DNA of 64,000 nucleotides, taken from Desulfobulbaceae bacterium. Lineage in GTDB: Bacteria > Desulfobacterota > Desulfobulbia > Desulfobulbales > Desulfobulbaceae. The position numbers were made by a program, and so were the translations under genes. Shown one piece after another: positions 1 to 8,080 of this stretch; position 1 is the first letter of the stretch; each line of letters begins with the position of its first letter. Location of the stretch: contig WFUT01000074.1 in NCBI GenBank assembly GCA_015484845.1, forward strand, positions 19,388-83,387. Reading direction: 5' to 3'. The notes below the pieces were generated by a model. That model ran no database searches. It was given only the letters and a program-made list of their open reading frames with translations, and was not told the DNA's origin.

Positions 1-647
1 ACCACGCGCCCCTCTTCCTTCCTGGTCAGCACGTAAAAGTAGATACCCTGGCCGACCATGATGATACCCAGGACAAGGATGCTGCCGTCCAGAAACGTCC
101 ACCAGCCAAGGCCGAAGTAGCGGGTCAGGGCACTGCCCAGGGCGACCAGGGCCACGCCTGTCCTGATGAATGCCAGGTGGGTACGCGCCTTGGCCAGGGT
201 GGTCCGCTGCATGGCCATGGAGGTGCGTTTTTCGGCCAGGAAGGTGCGGTTCTTGGCCAGAAACGTCCGGAGCCGGGCAAGACCGCTGCGTTTCTCGGCC
301 AGTTCGGTCCTGACCTGGGACCTGCGGGTACGTTTTTCGCCCAGCAGGTTCCGTTCCTCGGCCATGATGTTGCGCTCTTCTGCCAGCAACGTCCGTTCAA
401 TGGCGTACTTGGTGCCAAGCAGGGAGAGGGCCTTGTTCAGGGACTCCTCCTCGATGATGGCCTGCATGATCTCGTCAAGGTCACGCTTGAGTTCTTCGGA
501 ATAGGCCTTGCGGGCCGGAAAGATCTCCTCCAGGAAATCTGTCCGCTTGCCAGCCAGGCGTCGGTGTTTGATCGCAAGCTCAACTGGCTGAAAAACGGCC
601 TTTCTCTCCTCGTCCAGGTGGCCGCTGTGAACGTCTTTTGGCTCCAT
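1..647 (-). CDS. DUF202/YidH-like inner-membrane protein with an expanded heptad repeat (3' end runs off the window)
   Basis: Translated by hand (missing from the ORF track because it is open at the edge): MEPKDVHSG...LLAEERN IMAEERN...TLAKART HLAFIRTGVALVALGSALTRYFGLGWWTFLDGSILVLGIIMVGQGIYFYV. LAxxRT-xLAxxRT followed by two hydrophobic helices is the DUF202 signature. Purine-rich RBS-like sequence upstream of ATG 647. Confidence 0.75.
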   Translation of the reverse strand, partial: MEPKDVHSGHLDEERKAVFQPVELAIKHRRLAGKRTDFLEEIFPARKAYSEELKRDLDEIMQAIIEEESLNKALSLLGTKYAIERTLLAEERNIMAEERNLLGEKRTRRSQVRTELAEKRSGLARLRTFLAKNRTFLAEKRTSMAMQRTTLAKARTHLAFIRTGVALVALGSALTRYFGLGWWTFLDGSILVLGIIMVGQGIYFYVLTRKEEGRV

Positions 648-1253
648 TCTTAGCTCTTCCCCCGTGGCGCTGCCGTAGAGGGCTGTTGTACGTGTTGTGG
701 GTGCATTTCCTTCTCCTGGATGCGGTTCCATCCTGCAGTCCTGCAATCCATCCCCTTTCGGAGGTGGCACGGGAAACAGGGAGCAGGAGACAGGATGGTC
801 CTCTCCCGCGGTTCAGGCAGAGACTCGGACTGTCATCTCCGCCTGTGCCCGCTTTGCGGGCCATGCTGATCATCGGGATTTCCGGGCCGGCCAACCATGC
901 CGTCGCTGCAGTGATGTTGTTTGCCGGCAACAAACCTTCAATATTTACCATTTACAGGGAAAACAGGCGACTAAAAAATGCCATAAATTATAACTAATGA
1001 ATATATCATGATTAATGATCCGTGGCGTCCTTCCGGAAATGGCTGCCTGCACCCGGGGGGCGGGCCGGATGATAATCGGATGACGCGGATCAAGCCACGG
1101 GGGAACAACGGCAGCAGGCAGGGGAATTCTCCCGGAAGAGGGGAGAGACAGGGGCGTTGGCGGGAGTGCCTGGCCGGTACTGGTCGCGCAAACAGAGGGG
1201 GCCTTGCCTCGCCTGGCACAGTTGTTGATTCCGGGACCTTGATGACAGGAAAG

Positions 1254-2045
1254 TCAGTGAACCAGCAACACGGAGGCCTGGGAACTGGCCAGGGTCGCCA
1301 TGCGCCTGCTTTTGCTGGCCGGCAGCGTCGAGGCGACCAGGGCATAGTCCTTGAGGTAGTTGCCAACCTGTTCCGGGGTGCCGGCGGCGGTGACGGACTT
1401 GACCGCGGATTTGCCGGCAGCAAGAAGCCGTGAGTGCACCTCCCTGAGCGTGGCGTCATCCTCGCCGGCAGGCCGGATCTCCAGCTGACCCTTTTCCTTG
1501 TACCTGAAGCTGATAAGGTCAAACCGAAAACCGGAGTTACCCAGGATCTTCATGCTCTGCCTGACGAGTTGTTCCGGGTCGACACCATCGGCACAGAGCA
1601 GGGCGCATTTCTTGGAGATGGAGAGGTTTTTCACAAGCAGGACAGGACAGGGAGCCTGGGTATAGAGCGGCGAGGAGATACGCTTGTAAAACCGGTCCGG
1701 CTCGGCGGTGTTCAGGTATCCCTCGATATAGAACTGGTAGGAACCGCTCCGCAGTTCATAGGTGATCTCCTCGATACGGTTGCCGATAAAGATCTTTGGC
1801 CGACCGGCCAGGGGACAGTCGATATTCTCCGTGCGCAGCATGCGGTACACGGTCCTTCGTCCCCGTGCGCCTGCACCTTCTTCCCAGGTCTTCTGCAACG
1901 GTTCGCCGGCCCGCTCCTGCTCCCCGGCCTGTTCCACGTGGATAACAAAGAGGGAGAGGGGGATAAACTTGTTCAGGTATCCCGTGAATCGCAGGGCAAT
2001 ACTGGAGGCCAGGTTTTCATCGATGTAGAGTAATGTCTTCAGCAT
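1254..2045 (-). CDS. Universal stress protein (USP)-like protein, tandem domains
   Basis: MLKTLLYIDENLASSIALRF N-terminus, APCPVLLVK at the end of domain 1 and ASVLLVH C-terminus. Start moved to ATG 2045 (AAGGTGG upstream). Confidence 0.65.
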   Translation of the reverse strand: MLKTLLYIDENLASSIALRFTGYLNKFIPLSLFVIHVEQAGEQERAGEPLQKTWEEGAGARGRRTVYRMLRTENIDCPLAGRPKIFIGNRIEEITYELRSGSYQFYIEGYLNTAEPDRFYKRISSPLYTQAPCPVLLVKNLSISKKCALLCADGVDPEQLVRQSMKILGNSGFRFDLISFRYKEKGQLEIRPAGEDDATLREVHSRLLAAGKSAVKSVTAAGTPEQVGNYLKDYALVASTLPASKSRRMATLASSQASVLLVH

Positions 2046-2179
2046 GGACGCCACCTTGAGGCAATTCAACACCCAGCCGTATCCGGGAGGGACATCATGG
2101 CTCCTGACCTTTCCCGGCCAGGCCGGGCCGGGGCGGGATCTCCGGGCCGGGGCGGGCTGGCAGGAACAGGCAGGGCATG

Positions 2180-2337
2180 GTTGTTGAATGATTCACTCGC
2201 GGTGGCGGTCGGGCCGCCGAGGACAATGTTTTCCATATCCGGATACTTCTCTTGCACCAGGGAGAGGAACCGCATCCCCTCTGTTTTCAGATCGGTGACC
2301 ATGATGACGTCACCAGGATTTTTTCCGTTTTGCCCCT
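2180..2337 (-). pseudogene. Decayed single-domain response regulator (receiver) remnant
   Basis: One frame gives (AGG)GKTEKILV, a receiver beta1 with no ATG. A second frame gives MVTDLKTEGMRFLSLVQEKYPDMENIVLGG, resembling receiver beta3-alpha3-beta4. The intervening ~45 residues and the C-terminal KP segment are missing. Confidence 0.55.
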
Positions 2338-2360
2338 GGCCTGCCGCCGCTCTGCCGCGG

Positions 2361-4946
2361 TCAGGAAGCCGTATGGATGTCGGGCTCTTTTACCTCTGCC
2401 TGCTCCATGATCGTTCTGATCTTGTTGAAGAAGATATCGATGGTCTCCTCGCTGACCATCTGGACATCGAGCTGCCGGGTAAAGCCGACAAGCAGGCCGA
2501 GAAGAAAAAGACGTTGCAGCATCCGCTGCCGGTTTGTTCTCTTCAGCCTGGCCACGACAATGTCGCCATAGAGCTCGCAGAGAAAGTCGTAGTGGGACAG
2601 GATCCTGGCCAGCAGCCGTGTCCTCCGTGAACGCCTGACCGTTTCCGTCACGCCGCCCGAGAACCGGAAATAGATGTGGTTGCTCAGGATGTTGTCGGAA
2701 ACAAAGGCATCAATGACCGTGTAGTGGTAGCCGAGCCGGAAATTGATGTTGGTGTACTCTGCCGAAACCACGGCCAGGTTGCGCCCCACATCCTCGGGCG
2801 TGGTGATGCGGACGGAGGTGGTCCGGGTCAGGCTCGACATGAAGCTGGAGAAATCGACCCCGGCCGGTGTCATGTCCCATATGCCGGGATAGGACATCCC
2901 GTCGAGCAAGGCGCGCATGGGCACGGAGGTGATCTGCTCGGGACGGATTCCCTGGTCATGGGCGCCCTTGATGCCGCCGCCGACATCGATCAGGATAAGG
3001 TCCAGGGGGAAGTCCCACAACAGTTTACCTGCCTGGGTGTCCCGCTGGTGGGCATGGTAGAAATTCAGGTTGATGATGGTTTCCACCGCCTTTTCGTGGA
3101 CAAAGCGGGTCAGGTCATGGTAGGTGCGGCACCCCTCGGGCGTGAAGTTGTCCGCCGAGGGGTCGACCAGGTTGAGGGGCTCGATCTTTTTCAGGACCCG
3201 CCGCAGCAGCCGGTATTCATACATCTCCTCGATGGGCTCTTCGTGAATGGCATAGTACTGCAGTTCCTGCACTATGCCCTCGTAGACCGTGACACACTCG
3301 GTGTCCAGGGTAATCTCCCGGCCATCGGCGATCACCTCGGTTCCATTTTCGGTCTGGAACAGGGCAGGTACGCGGAATTCCCTGGCCACGGTGGCAAGAT
3401 GACCGGTGGTGGAGCCGACATCGGTGATAAAGCCGGCCGCCTTGTGGATGACCCGGGCCAGCAGGGGAGAGGCATGGCGGGCGACAAGGATACCGCCCAG
3501 GGGAAACTCGTTGAGATCCCTGCCTTCTGTAAACACCCAGGCCGGCCCGGCGGCAATACCCTCCATGGCAGCCACACCCCGGCCTGACATGAGGATGGGG
3601 TATTTTTCCCGGATGTCACTGAGGTCGCAGGCGCGGGGCGCTCTCTTCTGCTGCAGGCGTAACTGCCTGGCCTGGAGCACCACCACCTGGTCCTGCTGGT
3701 CAATGGCAAACTCGATATCCTGCGGCCGCTTGAAATACTTCTCCAGCCGCATGCCGATTTCGGCAAGTTCCCGGAGTTGCTCGTCGGTCAGGCTGGCCTG
3801 CCGGCGCCGGTCTTCATCGACCTCTTCCCTGGCCGTTCCTCCATTGCTGCGCAGGACCATGGCCTCGGTCTTCTCGATGACCTGTGCCTCGCGGACCTCG
3901 TGTGGCGGCCTGCGGTCCAGGACAAAATGGTCGGTGGCCACCTCGCCGGAGACAATGGGCTCGCCCAGGCCCCAGGCCGAATTCACGATCATGGTTTCAT
4001 CCTCGGGCCGTACCGGGTCATAGGTGTAGAGGACACCGCTGGCCCGGGCCGGGATCATGAGCTGGCAGCCCACCGCCATCATGATCTCCGAGGGCCTGAA
4101 ATCCATCATCAGCCGGTATTCCATGGCCTCCGGGCTGTAGAGGCTGGCCAGCACCTCCTTGTAGGCAAAGGGAATGTCGTCGAGAAAGACATTGAGCCGG
4201 CTCAGGTACTGGCCGGCGAACGAGGTGAACTCGTCCTCGCCAAGGGCGCTGGAGCGCACGGCAAAGCAGGGGGTGAGATCCGGGTGCCGCTTGCTGAGGG
4301 TCATGGCGGCGGCAAGGATGTCAAAGCGCAGCTTCTCCGGGGTCTCGGCCGCCATGATGGCCCGCTGGATCCGGCGGGAGGCCTCGTCAACGGGAATTTC
4401 GCTCTGGTGCCAGCTCTGCTGAATGGAGAGGATCTCCTCCCGGATCCTGTTTTCGTCGAGAAAGGTGTTGAACGCTTCGGTGGTTATGGCAAACCCGGCA
4501 GGAATACGCTGGTCAAGGAGGCTGCCGATCTCGGCGATATGGGCGTTTTTCCCGCCCACGGCATCGGCCAGTTCCCTGGTGATGCTGCCATAGGGAAGGA
4601 TGTAATCCTTTACCTGGCTCAGTACCCTTCCCTGGAGAAGGGCCTCTATCTCCTCTTCGATCCTGTGGAAACTTGTATAAAGGGCAGCATATTTCTGTTC
4701 GGTCAGGTGATTGATGGTGACGATGAGCTGCCGGACCAGATCCGCCAGCTTGTGGCAGGTGTTCTGGATATACAGCTCATCGAAGATATAATCTCCACTG
4801 AGTTTATCGTTGGCATCGGCAATCAGGTCAAGGATCTGGTTGTTGAGTTCAAGACTTTTTTTAAACTCGGCAAAAAGAATCTTGAAGGGAACCGTTTCCT
4901 TTTTCCTGCGGCCGATAAGCCGACGAATCCGGTCGAGCAAGCTCAT
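2361..4946 (-). CDS. PEP/pyruvate-binding (ATP-grasp) plus phospho-His swivel domain protein, PEP-synthase-like but with a non-canonical C-terminus
   Basis: Motifs VGGKNA, PAGFAITT, AVRSSALGED-SFAGQY, WGLGEPIVSG, QDIEFAI and LQARQL, and His-domain GSTTGHLATVAREFRVPA. The C-terminal ~260 aa does not show the PEP-binding TIM-barrel motifs. Confidence 0.85.
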   Translation of the reverse strand: MSLLDRIRRLIGRRKKETVPFKILFAEFKKSLELNNQILDLIADANDKLSGDYIFDELYIQNTCHKLADLVRQLIVTINHLTEQKYAALYTSFHRIEEEIEALLQGRVLSQVKDYILPYGSITRELADAVGGKNAHIAEIGSLLDQRIPAGFAITTEAFNTFLDENRIREEILSIQQSWHQSEIPVDEASRRIQRAIMAAETPEKLRFDILAAAMTLSKRHPDLTPCFAVRSSALGEDEFTSFAGQYLSRLNVFLDDIPFAYKEVLASLYSPEAMEYRLMMDFRPSEIMMAVGCQLMIPARASGVLYTYDPVRPEDETMIVNSAWGLGEPIVSGEVATDHFVLDRRPPHEVREAQVIEKTEAMVLRSNGGTAREEVDEDRRRQASLTDEQLRELAEIGMRLEKYFKRPQDIEFAIDQQDQVVVLQARQLRLQQKRAPRACDLSDIREKYPILMSGRGVAAMEGIAAGPAWVFTEGRDLNEFPLGGILVARHASPLLARVIHKAAGFITDVGSTTGHLATVAREFRVPALFQTENGTEVIADGREITLDTECVTVYEGIVQELQYYAIHEEPIEEMYEYRLLRRVLKKIEPLNLVDPSADNFTPEGCRTYHDLTRFVHEKAVETIINLNFYHAHQRDTQAGKLLWDFPLDLILIDVGGGIKGAHDQGIRPEQITSVPMRALLDGMSYPGIWDMTPAGVDFSSFMSSLTRTTSVRITTPEDVGRNLAVVSAEYTNINFRLGYHYTVIDAFVSDNILSNHIYFRFSGGVTETVRRSRRTRLLARILSHYDFLCELYGDIVVARLKRTNRQRMLQRLFLLGLLVGFTRQLDVQMVSEETIDIFFNKIRTIMEQAEVKEPDIHTAS

Positions 4947-4970
4947 CGTCGCGTACCTGTCAGGGGTTCA

Positions 4971-5789
4971 TCAATGGGCGCCTCCTCCTCCCTTGAACAG
5001 GACCCCGATCAGGAGACCCGTGGCAACAGCGATGGCAACCGCCATGATGCCGAAGAGGAGCGAGTGCTCGTAGGCAAGCGAGGCGATGATCTTGGGCAAC
5101 CCGGACAGCTCGATGGTGAGCGTCTCCCGGGCCCGGCCCACGGGCTTGCCGTCCCGGACGGCCACGGCCTCGACCAGGTACTTGCCGGCGGTCATCTTGG
5201 GCGGAATGATCAGGGTCGCGGAGAAGGACTTGGTCTTGCCCTCGACCGGCCCATAGTTGACCGCGCCATCATAGACACCGTAGACCCCGGCCTTCTCCAT
5301 CAGTTTCACGTACTCGCCAAAGACAAATTTCTTGTCCGCGGATTCGGGCTTGATGGCAATGTCCTTGACCAGGGCCTTGTAGCCGACTCCCAGCAGGGCC
5401 ACATCCTTGACCATGGCCTTGTACTTTCCCTCCAGCTGGGCGAGCAGGAGGTCCTTGCCAATCTTTTCCGGGGTGTAGACCATGTACACCGCCGGCGTAT
5501 TTTCCAGCTCCACGTCGGTCTTGTTCATCCACAACAGGCCGGCCACCTTGCCCTTGACCTTCAGGGCCACGTTCTTCTTCGCCCCGATCACGTGGAGAAG
5601 GATGTCGTCGCTGGCCGGCAGGGTGCCGGAGACATTGACCGTGGTGCCGTCATAGAATGTCGTGATCTTCAGGGTCGGGTGGGAGAGCTTGAGCGTCACA
5701 GGTGCTTCCGACGCCCCTGCCGACCCGATCCAGAACAGAACGGCCAGAACAGCAAGGAGCAGTCCGTTTATACGTAGTATTCGATGCAT
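4971..5789 (-). CDS. TIGR02186-family protein (signal peptide plus C-terminal TM), usual partner of TauE/SafE
   Basis: N-terminal signal sequence, KGKVAGLLWMN motif and C-terminal TM ending GGGAH; located directly downstream of TauE. Confidence 0.8.
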   Translation of the reverse strand: MHRILRINGLLLAVLAVLFWIGSAGASEAPVTLKLSHPTLKITTFYDGTTVNVSGTLPASDDILLHVIGAKKNVALKVKGKVAGLLWMNKTDVELENTPAVYMVYTPEKIGKDLLLAQLEGKYKAMVKDVALLGVGYKALVKDIAIKPESADKKFVFGEYVKLMEKAGVYGVYDGAVNYGPVEGKTKSFSATLIIPPKMTAGKYLVEAVAVRDGKPVGRARETLTIELSGLPKIIASLAYEHSLLFGIMAVAIAVATGLLIGVLFKGGGGAH

Positions 5790-5999
5790 TGTGTTGTTTC
5801 TCCTTTTCTCACGAAACAGAATCCAGGGGACAGAAAACCGGCAAGGTTTGCGCCTGCGGCGGCTTCATGGGGGATGGTCTTCCTCTGCCCCTGTTGTCAT
5901 CCTTTTTTGTTAGACCCGGTCCGCCGGGAATGCAACCTGGTCCAGCCATGCTGGTTATCCAGAAATGGTTGTCCGCAGTGCCGGGGGGTATGTTTCTGA

Positions 6000-6941
6000 T
6001 CAGTGTCCACCCTTGAGCGCAACCATGATCGATGGCGTCATCAGCAGGCCGGCCATCATCTTCACGCACACCAGCAACACCAGGCTGGCGAGCATGATCT
6101 TCAATTGGTCAGCGTTGAGCCGCTTGGACACGGCCGTGCCGACCTGGGCGCCGATGGTGGACCCGAGGAGGAGAAGGACGGCAAGGACAAAGTCCACCGT
6201 ATGGTTGGACCAGGCCTGCATGATGGTGACGTTGACACAGGTGAAAAGGATCTGGAACAGGCTGGTGCCGACAACGACGTGCATGGGCATGCGCAGCAGG
6301 TAGACCATGACCGGTACCATGATGAAACCGCCGCCAACACCCATGATGGCTGCCAGGATACCGACCAGGATACCGAAACCGAGCGGCAGGAGCATGGAGA
6401 TCTCACAGCCGGACTTGACGAATTTGTATTGAAACGGCAGGCTCTGAACGAGAGATTTCTTCTCCTCCTTTTCTGCTTCCTTTTTCTTGCTTTTTTTCTT
6501 CTCCACCGGCAGGCCGTCCTGGTGCCGCATACCCTGCAGGCTTTCCCAGAACATGTAGCCGCCGACACCGCCCAGCATGATGACATAGGTGATGGCGATG
6601 AGGAAGTCTGCATTTCCCATGGCCCTGAGCAGCTTGATGACCTGGACACCCACCGTACCACCGGCAATACCACCGATGAGCAGCATGAGGCCCATGGGGA
6701 TATCCACGTTGCCAAGGCGCATGTGGGCCAAGGTCCCCGAGGTCGATGCACCGACGATCTGGTTGGAGTCACTCGCCGCCGCAACCGTCGGCGGAATACC
6801 AAACATCATGAGAAGCGGCGTCATGAGAAAGCCGCCGCCAACACCGAAAATACCTGAAAGCAGACCGACAAAGCCTCCCAGGCCAAGAATTAGAATGATA
6901 TTCACACTGTTTCCCGCGATGGGCAGATACATATGGAACAT
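6000..6941 (-). CDS. Sulfite exporter TauE/SafE (TSUP) family permease
   Basis: MFHMYLPIAG start, repeated GIFGVGGGFLMTP / AIMGVGGGFIMVP motifs, VVVGTSLFQI, and about 8 TM segments. Confidence 0.92.
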   Translation of the reverse strand: MFHMYLPIAGNSVNIILILGLGGFVGLLSGIFGVGGGFLMTPLLMMFGIPPTVAAASDSNQIVGASTSGTLAHMRLGNVDIPMGLMLLIGGIAGGTVGVQVIKLLRAMGNADFLIAITYVIMLGGVGGYMFWESLQGMRHQDGLPVEKKKSKKKEAEKEEKKSLVQSLPFQYKFVKSGCEISMLLPLGFGILVGILAAIMGVGGGFIMVPVMVYLLRMPMHVVVGTSLFQILFTCVNVTIMQAWSNHTVDFVLAVLLLLGSTIGAQVGTAVSKRLNADQLKIMLASLVLLVCVKMMAGLLMTPSIMVALKGGH

Positions 6942-7686
6942 GATCGTTTTCTACCTCTTTTTTGGGTTTTCCGGCCGCGCATCCGCGACCACACAAATAC
7001 GTTTTTTCTCCTTGGATCCCGTTGGTCATCGCTCTCGCCGCAGGCGAAGAAGCGGCGGTTTTCGGGAGCTGATGCCTCCGGGATTCGGCCTCCCTGCCAA
7101 TGCCGTCCGGACACCCCTGTCACGGCCGGCGCCTGTTGATCCGCGGCCAGCAGGCTACGCCGTCCGGGCTCCCCGGCAAACCGACCCTCTCGGTCAGCAC
7201 AGGAGACGCCATCCGGTCAATTCCCCAGCCTCCCCCGGGCCTGGAGTGCAATGGGCGGCCAGGAAGGGGAGGGATAACTTTTCAGAGAGGAAATTTCAGG
7301 ATATCGGACAGTGACGAACCGCTGCAGCGGCACGGACCATGGTATCCGTGCCCGTCCCTGCCCAGCCAGTGGAGTGGACTCCTGCAACCGCGTTCCCGGC
7401 CGGCTCGTGTCATCAGGAGATGCAGATGACCGGCGACCGGCTCGCCGGGCCTGTTGCCGGATGCCGGCGAAAAGACCGCGTGCGGAGACAACCACTGTTT
7501 TCGGGGACAGACACGAATATTTCGGTCTATGAACCGTGATCTTGATGCAGTCTTTTCATGTTCCCTCCTTTTGCAGCAACTGAAATGGTTATGACAATGG
7601 TTATGGGACAGGCGCGAACCCGGATCCCTGTTATACGAAGGCAACGACAACTGTTCGTCGTGTGAAAGGGGTTGTCCCTGTGACTA

Positions 7687-7702
7687 AGCAATTAGGGTGC
7701 CA
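7687..7702 (-). promoter_or_regulatory. Sigma-54 (RpoN) -24/-12 promoter facing the tauE operon
   Basis: The minus strand reads TGGCAC-CCTAA-TTGCT, matching the TGGCAC-N5-TTGCW consensus with exact GG-N10-GC spacing. Confidence 0.85.
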
Positions 7703-7940
7703 GTTTTTTGGGGCAGAAAAGGGGCGCAGCGCCGTGGGCCGCCATGTCGAAATATTGTTAACATGGTGAAATAGCATTATTTAATGGAGCGTGTCCCCGC
7801 GAGATCCCTTGCTGCCTGCCCGGGGTGGGCAGGAAAAATAGAACAACAGGGAAAAACGGCGCAAAATCTTCCTTGCTAATGAAATTTCGGTGTTTTTTAT
7901 CAATTTTCCCTTCCGGGGAAAGAGAGATTCCAATGATAAC

Positions 7941-7984
7941 TGTTTCAAAATGAAAAAGCAATATCCTGGTTTCATTTTGAAACA
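7941..7984. promoter_or_regulatory. Tandem upstream activator (enhancer) sites TGTTTCA-N3-TGAAACA
   Basis: TGTTTCA-AAA-TGAAAAA (7941-7957) and GGTTTCA-TTT-TGAAACA (7968-7984), about 240-280 bp upstream of the sigma-54 promoter. Confidence 0.65.
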
Positions 7985-8058
7985 ATCGAAGAAGGCTTTG
8001 TGTTAACTCTATTGAATCATTAAATTTTTAACCTTGGAAAGGTGCGACAATCTGTCCT

Positions 8059-8077
8059 GTGTTTCACAATGAAACAC
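8059..8077. promoter_or_regulatory. Third, perfect enhancer-like palindrome
   Basis: GTGTTTCA-CAA-TGAAACAC has the same core as the two sites at 7941-7984 and lies just past the activator stop codon. Confidence 0.6.
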
Positions 8078-8080
8078 GTG

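Noticed and set aside
1214-1229. Sigma-54-like TGGCAC-AGTTG-TTGAT on the plus strand
   Set aside because: The -12 GC is replaced by GA, and it points antisense into the USP gene with no downstream gene.
2361-4946. Annotation as phosphoenolpyruvate synthase (ppsA)
   Set aside because: The C-terminal pyruvate/PEP-binding barrel is absent, so the symbol was withheld.
3777-5777. Very long antisense ORFs (also 8042-9526, 10627-12243, 18075-19919, 23981-25861, 27088-28674, 42755-44395, 48015-49700, 56907-58808)
   Set aside because: Each lies opposite a clearly recognisable gene, has no motifs, and is the expected stop-poor shadow frame of GC-rich coding DNA.
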